Below, piece after piece: positions 39,819-49,565 of a stretch of DNA of 64,000 bases. This DNA comes from a virus (taxonomy: Duplodnaviria; Caudoviricetes): IMG/VR virus record IMGVR_UViG_3300036770_005357. One strand, written 5' to 3'. The position numbers and the translations under genes are program-made. The notes beneath the pieces were generated by a model. It worked only from the letters and a program-made list of their open reading frames with translations, had not been told where the DNA came from and ran no database searches. How positions within the stretch are numbered: position 1 is the stretch's first letter; each line of letters opens with the position of its first letter.

Positions 39819-40295
39819 TTATTTAAATAACTTTTCAATTTCCTTTTCACTATAACCGTATCCCTCGATTAGAGATACTAGTTCTTGAATACCTTTATCG
39901 TTAGACATAAGTATGTTGTAATAATCTGTGGCATCTCGTTCACCCACTTTAAATTTATTACATATACAATCCAATATAGTTTGGTTTATACTTTCAGTAC
40001 TTTTCTTAATATACTTACAAAACTTACGACCATGTGGTATCACATCAATCAATACTTTATAAAATTGTTCTTCAGGTATAACTTGAAAATATTTTGATAC
40101 TATCGCCATTTCTTCAATCACATCACTATCCATACTCAATATACGCACAAGCATATATTTGTTAAATGACTTCTTTTCTTCATCGGTCAAATTAACATAA
40201 TAATTAGGATCTTTTACCTCACGAATGTGATTGATGTGATCAAACAATCCTTTAGTCTTTGGCTTTTCGGCTACGGCTGTTTTCTTTGACTTCAT
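39819..40295 (-). CDS. Clamp loader A subunit (T4 gp62-like)
   Basis: LFDHINHI..FNKYMLVRILSM..FYKVLIDVIP..KFCKYIKK pattern. Confidence 0.7.
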   Translation of the reverse strand: MKSKKTAVAEKPKTKGLFDHINHIREVKDPNYYVNLTDEEKKSFNKYMLVRILSMDSDVIEEMAIVSKYFQVIPEEQFYKVLIDVIPHGRKFCKYIKKSTESINQTILDCICNKFKVGERDATDYYNILMSNDKGIQELVSLIEGYGYSEKEIEKLFK

Positions 40296-40509
40296 TGTTC
40301 ATCATTCTAACACTTTTCTTCAACAACTCAATATCTTTTACAATTTGAGATAATTGTTCATTATATACTTCAAGTGCTTCTGACACAACAAGCATATTGT
40401 CATCCAATTTCTTTAACAACCTATAGAACAAATAGGTATTAATTAAAGAAAATGTGGTTGCTAGTATAACTAGCAACCACATCCAAACCAAGTTATGGTT
40501 TTCGTTCAT
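40252..40509 (-). CDS. Small membrane-anchored coiled-coil protein
   Basis: N-terminal TM (VWMWLLVILATTFSLI) followed by a heptad-like helix. Confidence 0.6.
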   Translation of the reverse strand: MNENHNLVWMWLLVILATTFSLINTYLFYRLLKKLDDNMLVVSEALEVYNEQLSQIVKDIELLKKSVRMMNNEVKENSRSRKAKD

Positions 40510-40519
40510 TCGTCAACAA

Positions 40520-40777
40520 TTAAGCGCGGCTAGCACGGGTAGTGCGAGTAGCGGTACGTGTAGCACTGGTAGCATTGGAGCTATACCCAGCTGCCAAAAC
40601 TTCACGAAGAGCATTGATCTGACGACCGGTGAGATCAACACGAGCGTTTCCAGCACGGACAGTCAATCGTGAAGCCTTCTTAGCCTTCGGAAATGGAGTA
40701 GAGAGATAAATCTCAACACCAGTGGAGTTGTGGCCGACGAAGTTAGTCTTGTTACGAGTATTCTTACGAGTATACAT
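40520..40777 (-). CDS. Small basic protein with Thr/Arg/Ala-repeat tail
   Basis: 85 aa, Arg/Lys-rich, tail ATSATRTATRTTRASRA; strong promoter and AAAGGA leader upstream. Confidence 0.7.
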   Translation of the reverse strand: MYTRKNTRNKTNFVGHNSTGVEIYLSTPFPKAKKASRLTVRAGNARVDLTGRQINALREVLAAGYSSNATSATRTATRTTRASRA

Positions 40778-40841
40778 ATTACTTATTTTCCTTTTATTTT
40801 TTGTTTGTTTTGTTTCGTTAGTTGTTCGCTAACTTAGATTA

Positions 40842-40870
40842 ATCTTACTATAGGTTGTTAAAACTGTCAA
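40842..40870 (-). promoter_or_regulatory. Strong sigma70-like promoter
   Basis: TTGACA-17-TAAGAT on the minus strand. Confidence 0.75.
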
Positions 40871-40882
40871 CAACTTTTTTGA

Positions 40883-41794
40883 TTAAATTTTATATTCTTT
40901 CTCAAATCGTTCAATGGCATAGTCTTTCGCCTTGAACTCGAACTCAAAGTCTGCATCAAAATTAACATACTCACTAGGCAATTCACGAACATAATCACCG
41001 TGTGCTCGAGGATTACTATTATTAGGATCGTTGTCACTAAAATGAAATAGTGGTCGATACTTACCCCAAGTAGATTTAGCTAGATTTACAGCTTCTTTAG
41101 CAGTCAATTTACCACCATTACAACGAAAATGAAGATTGTCATAGGTAATTGGAATACCAGTCTTAGAATAAATTAGATCATACAACTGTTCAATTTTCCA
41201 ACTATTAGGTTTGTCTTCGTTTTCGAGGGTCAATCTAGACTTCACATTATGAGAAAGGCTGTTATATACATCAATAAAACGCAAGGCGATGTCATTTATG
41301 TTACCTTTATAACAGTTCATATGAATGTTGATAGGAGATTCATAACTTTGAGGTAATCCCATCATGTCCATCATTTTAGCATGCATGTTCAATTCTTCAA
41401 CGGATTTCTTAACTACATTAGAATTTGCACTTGCAGGTACAACAAATTGGTCTGGATGTGTACTACAACGAATATTATTTTCCTTGATTATTTTAGCACA
41501 CAGATCAAATTCATTCTTAATAGCTTTGAAATTGTAAGTATTTTCAAGCAATAAATTGGCTTCTGGAAGTGTTTCTAGTGGCATCATTCCACTACTGATA
41601 CGGTAGTTCCACTTGTTTTGTGCACAAAATTCAAGTGTTCTACGAGTAACAAAAATATTGTTGAGTGTACGATCCGCTACGATTTTTTCAGCTTCATTGC
41701 GTTTAAGTGTAAAAAATCGCGTCTTAGTCATTGTAGACGCTTTGATACCTTGTTCTTGTAGTTTAAGGGAAATGCAGCAAAGAGATTTATTCAT
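40883..41794 (-). CDS. uvsE: UV damage endonuclease UvsE/UvdE
   Basis: YRISSG, STHPDQF, NIH, LTLENED, YDNLH, LFHFS, HGDY, EFKAKD. Confidence 0.95.
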   Translation of the reverse strand: MNKSLCCISLKLQEQGIKASTMTKTRFFTLKRNEAEKIVADRTLNNIFVTRRTLEFCAQNKWNYRISSGMMPLETLPEANLLLENTYNFKAIKNEFDLCAKIIKENNIRCSTHPDQFVVPASANSNVVKKSVEELNMHAKMMDMMGLPQSYESPINIHMNCYKGNINDIALRFIDVYNSLSHNVKSRLTLENEDKPNSWKIEQLYDLIYSKTGIPITYDNLHFRCNGGKLTAKEAVNLAKSTWGKYRPLFHFSDNDPNNSNPRAHGDYVRELPSEYVNFDADFEFEFKAKDYAIERFEKEYKI

Positions 41795-41801
41795 CTCTCT
41801 A

Positions 41802-41830
41802 CTTATAACACAGTTTTTATATTATGTCAA
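41802..41830 (-). promoter_or_regulatory. Sigma70-like promoter, apparently leaderless
   Basis: TTGACA-17-TATAAG with extended TG, ending 7 nt before the uvsE ATG. Confidence 0.7.
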
Positions 41831-41836
41831 TTTTTA

Positions 41837-44437
41837 TTACCAAGCGTATAATGGAATTTTATATTTAGTTCCATTAATCATAATTCCCATATATCCTTGT
41901 AAAGCACCTGCACCAGAAATAAACAATTTGTGAGATGAGGGTCCGGATCCGGTCAAAGGAAATCTAAATTTTAGACTACCACTTATTTCAACATCATCCA
42001 ATATTCTAATATCGTTTTGAACTAAAACCGTGCTTCCCGTCAAAGTTGTAAAATACGCAGTACTTCCAGATGTGTTTATTAATTTGTTATTACTACTTGT
42101 TAAATAATTTATATTAGCTTTTTCTATAGACGATGTATAAGCATATGTACGACTACTGGTAAGCCTTTCTATTCTAGCTCTACTAGCACTAAATTTACTA
42201 AATCTAGCATTGCTACCCGTAAGACTGCCTGATATCATTACAAAACTAGAAAGATTTCCTATTTTAATTCTTGGAGCAATATTGCCTACATTTACAAAAT
42301 TAGAATTATTACCTACATAAACTTGAGGTACATCTCTAAACAAACTGGCTGTAGTTAAAGAAGTGCTTCCTAAGTCATAACCTATGTATAAATTACCATC
42401 AATAGTACATTCATTTCTAAAAGGATTGTATTGAATACCTCCATCTGTATATAAATTACTTTGTCCTACAGTTTTATCTACCAAAGGTACATATAAATCG
42501 GTATCAACATTAATTAGTGAAACATTAATGGATCCACTTATACTCGAAGTTATATTCGTAACTTTCAATGAGATAAATTTAGCGTTACTCGAAGTGAGTT
42601 GTGTAAAAATACCGTTACTTCCACTTATACTACCGGTAAATGATCTTGCAACCACATTATCAACAAATACCGCATTTGATCCACTTATACTACCAGTGAA
42701 CGATGTAGCGATTACACGACCTTCTATAGTTGCATTACTCGCGCTTAACTTAGTAAAACTAGCTAAATTTCCTTTTATACTTCCCGTAAATTCCGCTGCA
42801 TTTACATAACCAACGATTTTAGCATTGCTACCACTTAATTTCGTAAATATACCTTTGCTACCACTTATGCTGCCGGAAAATTCAGGAGCGATCGCTCTTA
42901 TTGTGAATCTAGCTGTACTACTAGTGATTCTTGTAAAAAATCCTCTTGTGCCTGTTATACTTCCGGTAAATGATGTTGCTATGACTCGGCCGCTTATTCT
43001 AGCATTACTACCACTTAATCTGGTAAAAATAGCCCTACTACCACTAGCACTACCACTAAAATTTAACGCGGTAACTCTATTCATCGAATAAATGTTTGCT
43101 CCGGTCAAATTTGTAATTTTAGCAAGACTCCCACTAAAACTGCCTGTAAAATCCGTGGCTTTAACATTTCCGTCTATTTCTAAATTTGCTAAAGGTGATG
43201 CTTTATTAATACCAACATTTCCATTTGTATCAATTACTAATCTGTTATTTACGCCTAAAATAGGCGGTGTTTTTGAAGCTGCATAACTTATTTTAAACTT
43301 ATCGTCTGTAACATCCAACCCAAGTGTAAAACTGTGTGTATCAGGACCAACAAACTGTACAGTAGAATCGTTTGAACCTTGAATTCTTAATTCTGCGGCT
43401 GAACTAGAAGATATATGTAATATTTCGGCAGGATTGCTTGTACCAATACCGATATTGGTGCCATCATCAAAAATTAAACTATTTCCCAACGAACTGTTGG
43501 ATGTAAATTTAGGTACATAATCAATTGTACCGTCTATATTGGCAACGCTTCCGCTAAAACTGCCTGTAAATGATTTAGCTACTACTCGGCCTTCAATTTT
43601 AGCATTACTTCCACTTAATTTTGTGAAATTAGCTCTACTACCACTTATACTGCCTGTAAAGTTTGTTGCTATAACTTTTCCACTTATCCTAGCGTTACTT
43701 CCACTTAATTTTGAAATATTTGTATTAATAAGTGTAGCTAAACTAGCACTTATACTTCCTGTAAAAGAATTCGCTACTACTCTTCCGGTAATTTTAGCGT
43801 TACTGCCGCTTAATCTGGTAAAATTAGATGTACTTCCACTTATACTAGCTGTTAAATTTGAAACATTTAAACTTCTGAACCTACCGTTGCTACCCGATAT
43901 ACTTCCGGTAAAGCTACCAGTAAAATTGCGTGCGCGGACTTGATTTGATAAAAACTTTGAGTATGTGCCCACACCATTACTACCTATGATAAGATCTGTA
44001 GCACTAGCTCCAAAGTTTATACTTTGTGGGTTTGATAACAAATTAAAAGAAGTATTATTTGTTTCAAATGAAATACCCGCGTAGATTGTACCATCTACAG
44101 TCAAATTATCATTTGCGGCATCATATAAAAAGCTAGTACTATCCGTTCTTAGCACACGTCTACCATCACCACTTGGACTTACAAATAACACACTTGAGTA
44201 TCCAACTAGAGAAGTTGAGTTTTTGACATATACACTACCACTTACGCTGCCTGTATAATTAGTAGCTGTTACATAACCTTCTTTTGTTACTTTAAACTTA
44301 GAAGTACCACCTATTTGTAAATCTATTAATTTACTACTCGCGTCGGATGGACCGGAATCGGTCACATTCATTAATATTGCTGTTTGATCACCTATACCAA
44401 ACGTAGCAGTCATTGCGTTAATAGGAGTATTAGCCAT
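41837..44437 (-). CDS. Repeat-rich fibre/adhesin-like virion protein
   Basis: 866 aa, Ser/Thr/Gly-rich; many FTGSISGS..FTKLSGSNAKI repeats around an IGIGTSNP/VGINKASP fibre-type segment. Confidence 0.7.
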   Translation of the reverse strand: MANTPINAMTATFGIGDQTAILMNVTDSGPSDASSKLIDLQIGGTSKFKVTKEGYVTATNYTGSVSGSVYVKNSTSLVGYSSVLFVSPSGDGRRVLRTDSTSFLYDAANDNLTVDGTIYAGISFETNNTSFNLLSNPQSINFGASATDLIIGSNGVGTYSKFLSNQVRARNFTGSFTGSISGSNGRFRSLNVSNLTASISGSTSNFTRLSGSNAKITGRVVANSFTGSISASLATLINTNISKLSGSNARISGKVIATNFTGSISGSRANFTKLSGSNAKIEGRVVAKSFTGSFSGSVANIDGTIDYVPKFTSNSSLGNSLIFDDGTNIGIGTSNPAEILHISSSSAAELRIQGSNDSTVQFVGPDTHSFTLGLDVTDDKFKISYAASKTPPILGVNNRLVIDTNGNVGINKASPLANLEIDGNVKATDFTGSFSGSLAKITNLTGANIYSMNRVTALNFSGSASGSRAIFTRLSGSNARISGRVIATSFTGSITGTRGFFTRITSSTARFTIRAIAPEFSGSISGSKGIFTKLSGSNAKIVGYVNAAEFTGSIKGNLASFTKLSASNATIEGRVIATSFTGSISGSNAVFVDNVVARSFTGSISGSNGIFTQLTSSNAKFISLKVTNITSSISGSINVSLINVDTDLYVPLVDKTVGQSNLYTDGGIQYNPFRNECTIDGNLYIGYDLGSTSLTTASLFRDVPQVYVGNNSNFVNVGNIAPRIKIGNLSSFVMISGSLTGSNARFSKFSASRARIERLTSSRTYAYTSSIEKANINYLTSSNNKLINTSGSTAYFTTLTGSTVLVQNDIRILDDVEISGSLKFRFPLTGSGPSSHKLFISGAGALQGYMGIMINGTKYKIPLYAW
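42600..43100. repeat. Intragenic imperfect tandem repeats (about 30 aa unit), second block
   Basis: Recurring ccacttatac(t/c)tccggtaaa-type units encoding FTGSISGS; boundaries approximate. Confidence 0.7.
43550..43940. repeat. Intragenic imperfect tandem repeats (about 30 aa unit), first block
   Basis: Repeated VIATNFTGSISGS(R/N)ANFTKLSGSNAKI(E/S/T)G; boundaries approximate. Confidence 0.7.
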
Positions 44438-44500
44438 AAATTACGATATCATCTATTTAATAATTATAAATAGATAACACTTTAAGTAATTTATAACTAA

Positions 44501-45685
44501 TTATCGTCCTACTTCTTTAAAATAAGCGTCTTTGGCTTCATCGTAACTCATACCTATCATTTTATTATAATAATGTATTTCAGGCTTTAAATTACCTTCA
44601 CTCTTTAATTTTTTATATCTTTCTATCGCTTTAGGTCTCCACCATTCCAAAATACCAGTTATATCCTTCTTAAAGAGGTCTTTTATCTTCAATTGATCAT
44701 CGTTAATTTTATTTTGAAGGTACTCTTTAGTATTCTCATAAAAACAACTATAATACACACCACGTTCGTATCCATGCATATAATGACTTTGTTTTATTCC
44801 ACATTTACTAAAGATCATGGATATCACCCTACTCTTAGCACCTGTTACAGGACCGGATACACCTTCCTTTTGAGTCATTGCTTTCTCATATTTATCAGCA
44901 TAATTTTCTTTTACCCATTCATGCCAAACTTTGTAAATGGTATCATCCGGTTTAATTGCAATCTTACCAGCACTGGTACCACATTTATGCCACCACTTCA
45001 AACTATTATACATACTATAACTACCATACAAACTAGTTGTAGTCATACCTACAAGAGTTTGATTGTATAGTTCTTTCCATTTATCTTGTACACCTTTACT
45101 TACAACCATAGCAGCCGCAAGTTTACCACCCAAAAAATTATAACCAAATGGTTGTGTACTAATAATACTACTACCAATAGCACTGTGAGCTAATTTCTTA
45201 TCCTTTATCTTATTGTTCTTGTTCCAACCAATATAATTGTCACGGTCGGTAATTGTAATAACATCACTACTTACAGCCAATACACCGATATATGGTGTTT
45301 CGGGTTTATTTCTATCTACAATAAGAAACTTAAGAAATCTACCAGGTGTTTGATTAAACTCAAATGTGCTTACAAATACCCTAAGCAATGTCCAATCTTC
45401 ATTTTGTTGTTTGGTTTCTACATATACCAACTCAGGTTGACAATTCTCAATTTCTTTAATCGTAGATACCTCATCATTTATATCCGTAGGATGCCAGATC
45501 TTAGCTTTAATAGTATTTAATTTACTAGCGACATCTCTATAATTTTGAGTCTCTAACCACTTCTTATAGAATGTCTGTTCTTCCACAGACATCGCTTTTA
45601 AATAATCTAAATTTGTTATCAAACTTTTCTTATTAGAATCAAAATCAAATGCTTCTACACCAAAAAATTCTTGTAATGCGTCCAT
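44501..45685 (-). CDS. DUF4338/DruA-like protein
   Basis: PGRFLKFLIVD, YIGVLAVSSD, RDNYIGW, QPFGYNFLGGKL, TTTSLYG. Confidence 0.75.
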   Translation of the reverse strand: MDALQEFFGVEAFDFDSNKKSLITNLDYLKAMSVEEQTFYKKWLETQNYRDVASKLNTIKAKIWHPTDINDEVSTIKEIENCQPELVYVETKQQNEDWTLLRVFVSTFEFNQTPGRFLKFLIVDRNKPETPYIGVLAVSSDVITITDRDNYIGWNKNNKIKDKKLAHSAIGSSIISTQPFGYNFLGGKLAAAMVVSKGVQDKWKELYNQTLVGMTTTSLYGSYSMYNSLKWWHKCGTSAGKIAIKPDDTIYKVWHEWVKENYADKYEKAMTQKEGVSGPVTGAKSRVISMIFSKCGIKQSHYMHGYERGVYYSCFYENTKEYLQNKINDDQLKIKDLFKKDITGILEWWRPKAIERYKKLKSEGNLKPEIHYYNKMIGMSYDEAKDAYFKEVGR

Positions 45686-45691
45686 ATATAC

Positions 45692-45720
45692 ACTATATCA
45701 CCCCACTCAAAAAAACTCAA
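45692..45720 (-). promoter_or_regulatory. Sigma70-like promoter, apparently leaderless
   Basis: TTGAGT-17-TATAGT with extended TG, ending 6 nt before the ATG. Confidence 0.6.
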
Positions 45721-45732
45721 TTCGAAGTTATA

Positions 45733-45969
45733 TTATATTTTTCTTTGTATTAATTTGAATTCGATAGACAATCTATTTTTAGATCTTTTAACAGTCTGCA
45801 ATTCCCATTTTTCTTTAAACTGATCTATATACTTGTTCGTACCATTATCTATAAATTCCAACGGTTTCTTACCGTCGAGAAATTCTTTTTCATCATAAAC
45901 CAAAAATATTTTTTTATCGGTTTTATCCAAATACAATATTATTTTATCTTTATTTTCAGCCATACCCAT
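45733..45969 (-). CDS. Small hypothetical protein
   Basis: 76-78 aa ORF; true start possibly 45963. Confidence 0.55.
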   Translation of the reverse strand: MGMAENKDKIILYLDKTDKKIFLVYDEKEFLDGKKPLEFIDNGTNKYIDQFKEKWELQTVKRSKNRLSIEFKLIQRKI

Positions 45970-45976
45970 ATAAATA

Positions 45977-46009
45977 GAAAAAGCAGACTCTTAAATTAAG
46001 AATCTGCTC
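45977..46009 (-). terminator. Rho-independent terminator
   Basis: Minus strand AGCAGATTCTT-AATTT-AAGAGTCTGCT followed by TTTT. Confidence 0.75.
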
Positions 46010-46032
46010 TTCATTATTATGACAGTGAAAGA

Positions 46033-46395
46033 TTAAGCAGTTACCTTATCGCTAACATCGGCATCGATTGTAACAATCTTACTAGATGCAGCAGCATCAA
46101 TCTTCATAACATTAACAGTCAACCCATCCTTGAGAATAACCTCACGGGACTTAGCTTCCTCAATATGAGCGGCCGTAGGATTGCCGTGTACAAATACAAT
46201 AGTAGGACGACCCTTACCATTGTGTAGTACTCCAATATCATTAACTTCACCAGTTTCAATAGCCCTCTTCAAACGAACTCGTAGAGTAATCTCTACAAAC
46301 TCCTTGTTAGCCTCATTCAACTCCTTAATTGTAAAGATATTGGTAGGCCAAGTAATAGTTAGGTTGGTCTTGTTCTTACGATCAGTCTTCTTCAT
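46033..46395 (-). CDS. Winged-helix DNA-binding protein
   Basis: FTIKEL..ITLRVRLKRAIETGEV..GKGRPTIVF wHTH pattern; AAGGAG SD upstream. Confidence 0.65.
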   Translation of the reverse strand: MKKTDRKNKTNLTITWPTNIFTIKELNEANKEFVEITLRVRLKRAIETGEVNDIGVLHNGKGRPTIVFVHGNPTAAHIEEAKSREVILKDGLTVNVMKIDAAASSKIVTIDADVSDKVTA

Positions 46396-46453
46396 TTTTA
46401 TTTCTCCTTATTATTTTTGTTTATGTTTGCTGGTTTATTACACCATAAATTAT

Positions 46454-46481
46454 ATTATATCACTCTTATATTATATGTCAA
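46454..46481 (-). promoter_or_regulatory. Sigma70-like promoter
   Basis: TTGACA-16-TATAAT with extended TG, overlapping the VWA gene stop codon. Confidence 0.7.
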
Positions 46482-48528
46482 CACTTTCCATCATCTTTTT
46501 ATTAAGAGTGTTTGTAATCTGTACAAAGCTCTCCGTATTAATGTAATTAGCATCACTGCCATACATCATGTTGAAAAGATTCTTACTATCCGGATTCATA
46601 TAGTCATAGATAAAATAACTAATAACATTGTATCCATTGTTACGAATCTTCTTCACTTGAGTCTGTGTATGTTTAGCCGCTTCAGGTCCATTATATGAAA
46701 ACATACTACCACCATCTCCAGTATAATGAAAATACGGTTCACCGTCACTCAAGTTAACAAAATAACTATTTGTATCATTATCAACAACAGGCAAATACTT
46801 CATAATCGCTTCGTAACACAAACCTTCAGGTGTAACACCCGTACAGTCTAAATACGGAAACAAATTACGAATCTTACTAAACTTATCAACCTTAGAATTA
46901 TACGCTATCAGAATGTATGGATTACGATGTGTAGTAGTTCTAAAGCTAATAGTAAGATGTACATTATCAAGCATTGACGCTGCTTTTGCCAAAGCAACAC
47001 ACATACGAAGAGCACGATGCCACTTTTTACCCCTCATGCTAGAACTAGCGTCAACACTAACATGAAAATTAATCTTCTTATACTTTTCAGTAACGGTAGT
47101 ATAAAAAATGTTCTCGTCGCTAAATCCTAGTTCGTGAATCAAACGCTTATCCAGCTTTCCAGTATATCTACGAGAAAACTTATGAGTATTAACTTCATTA
47201 CGAACTTGTAGACGACGACCAATCTTAGTACCAAGAATAATTCCTTCGTTAACAATATTTGTATTAATCCTAACCATTTCACCGCTAGAATCATTTACAA
47301 ACATGGGACACTCATCGGAAAAGAGTAGTTCCTTTGTCATATTCTTAACAAGAATACACTCTACAGCACCCGTCAGATTGTGACGCTTGACCAGATCATG
47401 TGCCACATCAACAAGTTCAACCTTACTCTTTTCAAGCGTATCAAGAACATTCTTGTCACGACGAGATACCTTCTTCTTTTTAATCGTACCCTTCAAGAAA
47501 TCCTTCTGTTTAGCAAAAGCCTTCTTGATTCGTTCCAACTTAGCTTTGGAAATGTTAGAGTCTTGTCCAATATTATCAACAATAGGATTATTTTCTTGAA
47601 TAACTTCAGACGATTGACCGCCTAGAAGGTCGTCAATAGAAACCATAGAGGATCCAACATTATTAGTGTCATCCTTATTAGGATCAGAACCATCGCCTGA
47701 TCCACTACCGGTACTAACAACCTCGCTCTCATACTTATATTCATTAATATTCTTGAAAACAATTTCAGCAATATCGAGTGCAACATTCAAACGATCTTGA
47801 GGAGAAGTCAAACGCTTAATATTACTAAGATCAAGCTTCCTCGCAATCTCAATCAATCCAGGCAATGCCTTCAGATCCGTATTAGGATTTGTAAAATTAA
47901 TAATACGAAACATATATGACTCTGCACTTGGTACCTTGTACAGATCACTCTCCAATGCTTCGGTAATAACCTTAGCATTAAAATATTTATCGTACAACGC
48001 TTCATAATAACCTCTATAACCGGGTGCGTTAGCATGTACAGTGTAGTCAATAAAACGATCCTCAACATAATTGAAAAGATCCTTACAAAAATGACCCACA
48101 TCCTCTTTATTAATATTAAGAGGTTCTGTAATATCGTAAATGCTACGGGGAATTTTCATCCATGTAGTCTTGAACAATTCAAAATCACTGTACTTAACAT
48201 GACTAGCCTCATGTAGAGCCAATCCTACAGCAACATCAAAATTATCCTTTTTATTGATATCACTGCTAAGATAAACTTGAGTACCGTCAGTACAATTAAT
48301 ATTTGAATCATTAAATGATACCGGAATATTTTTGTTCGTCAGAATACTAACATAGTTAGCAATGGCACGACGAGCCGAAGACAACTTAATCAACTGACGA
48401 GTATGTTCGCTTTGACGATCATTATCGATGATTGAATTGTCATCAGCATTCTCTTCGTCACGACGAGCATCATCAATAAAATCCCACTCGTCATACTCTG
48501 TTAGCCAAAAATCACTTAGGCCGCTCAT
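46471..48528 (-). CDS. VWA-domain protein with N-terminal HExxH zincin-like region (CobT-like partner)
   Basis: GLALHEASH; C-terminal VSVDASSSM (DxSxS MIDAS), TPEG and LSDGEP. Confidence 0.85.
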   Translation of the reverse strand: MSGLSDFWLTEYDEWDFIDDARRDEENADDNSIIDNDRQSEHTRQLIKLSSARRAIANYVSILTNKNIPVSFNDSNINCTDGTQVYLSSDINKKDNFDVAVGLALHEASHVKYSDFELFKTTWMKIPRSIYDITEPLNINKEDVGHFCKDLFNYVEDRFIDYTVHANAPGYRGYYEALYDKYFNAKVITEALESDLYKVPSAESYMFRIINFTNPNTDLKALPGLIEIARKLDLSNIKRLTSPQDRLNVALDIAEIVFKNINEYKYESEVVSTGSGSGDGSDPNKDDTNNVGSSMVSIDDLLGGQSSEVIQENNPIVDNIGQDSNISKAKLERIKKAFAKQKDFLKGTIKKKKVSRRDKNVLDTLEKSKVELVDVAHDLVKRHNLTGAVECILVKNMTKELLFSDECPMFVNDSSGEMVRINTNIVNEGIILGTKIGRRLQVRNEVNTHKFSRRYTGKLDKRLIHELGFSDENIFYTTVTEKYKKINFHVSVDASSSMRGKKWHRALRMCVALAKAASMLDNVHLTISFRTTTHRNPYILIAYNSKVDKFSKIRNLFPYLDCTGVTPEGLCYEAIMKYLPVVDNDTNSYFVNLSDGEPYFHYTGDGGSMFSYNGPEAAKHTQTQVKKIRNNGYNVISYFIYDYMNPDSKNLFNMMYGSDANYINTESFVQITNTLNKKMMESVDI

Positions 48529-48553
48529 ATTATTATTAAGTTAAATGTTCTAA

Positions 48554-49543
48554 TTAGAACGGAGGTTCGAACGGAGGTTGGTCACTCTTAAGCGGGTCAT
48601 TGAACAGAGTATCCTTAGTCTCGCTAGGAACATACTTCTGTACAAGCTGCTTCATGTAGGTTCGTTCACTGTCAACTCCACCGTCCTCAGTAAAATTAGG
48701 ATAGATGGTACTCTCAGCGATTTCAAGCAAATTAAATCCGTCAACAATAAGTTCAGCAATTTCAACCGTACTACGAGTAGGAATAAAATTAGTCAACTTA
48801 CTATCATCTTGCTTGACTTGCTTACGAGTGTGATCGGCAATCTCACAAACAGACTTGAGTGTATGTAGCTGACTATCATCAGCAATATTGAAACGAGTCT
48901 TAAGAAGATTAAACTCACTATCAACATCCAACGGATTCATCTCAATCTTAACCGGAAAACGGCTAAGTAGAGCACGATCCATAACACGGGTAGCCGTATA
49001 CTCGTTACCAACATTAGCAGTAGCAATAAAAGTAACACCATCGGCAACCTTCACAATTTCACTGTCTTCCTTTTCATCCAAACGAAGATATCGTTGAAGA
49101 TCGTCAAGCACAGTCATCAAAATGTTCACACCGTCGTGATGAGCACGGCTAATCTCGTCAAGAAGAATAATAGCACTTGGAGTACGAATAGCCTTGACAA
49201 AACTGGACTCCTTAAAAAGCGTACCAGTGCTCTTATCAAAATGAGTATTACCAATAAGTGCAGACCTAGCATCTTGCGTAGCACCCAGATTGAAATAAAA
49301 GAAAGAGGATTCCTTACCAAGTACCTTAGCGACGGTTTGTGCAGCAAGAGTCTTACCACATCCAGTAGGCCCTAGAAGCAAAATGTTCTTGCCACGAATA
49401 GCGGACCTAACCATGTACTTCCACTTCAAATCATCCATGATAAGAGAAGTAGGACGCAAATTAATACACTTATCAAGATAATCCTTGATATTGAAGTTTT
49501 TAGAAGTGAGAAGGTTAATGTTGTCGTTCTTGTTGTTTTTCAT
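48554..49543 (-). CDS. MoxR/CbbQ/CobS-like AAA+ ATPase
   Basis: GPTGCGKT, LLDEISR, FIATANVG, DRALLSRF. Confidence 0.92.
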   Translation of the reverse strand: MKNNKNDNINLLTSKNFNIKDYLDKCINLRPTSLIMDDLKWKYMVRSAIRGKNILLLGPTGCGKTLAAQTVAKVLGKESSFFYFNLGATQDARSALIGNTHFDKSTGTLFKESSFVKAIRTPSAIILLDEISRAHHDGVNILMTVLDDLQRYLRLDEKEDSEIVKVADGVTFIATANVGNEYTATRVMDRALLSRFPVKIEMNPLDVDSEFNLLKTRFNIADDSQLHTLKSVCEIADHTRKQVKQDDSKLTNFIPTRSTVEIAELIVDGFNLLEIAESTIYPNFTEDGGVDSERTYMKQLVQKYVPSETKDTLFNDPLKSDQPPFEPPF

Positions 49544-49565
49544 ATTGTTTTAATGTTATAAGACA

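Noticed and set aside
40520-40620. tRNA or structured ncRNA in the GC-rich patch
   Set aside because: No cloverleaf or T-loop consensus; the repeats are explained by the TRT/ATR protein tail.
42528-43943. Plus-strand ORFs with LPLxLPV repeats
   Set aside because: Antisense shadows of the repetitive fibre gene.
41837-44437. Diversity-generating retroelement target
   Set aside because: No reverse transcriptase and no TR/VR pair differing at adenines; the repeats are in-frame tandem coding repeats.
44501-45685. Complete Druantia defence system
   Set aside because: Only a DruA-like gene is present; no DruE or other partners nearby.
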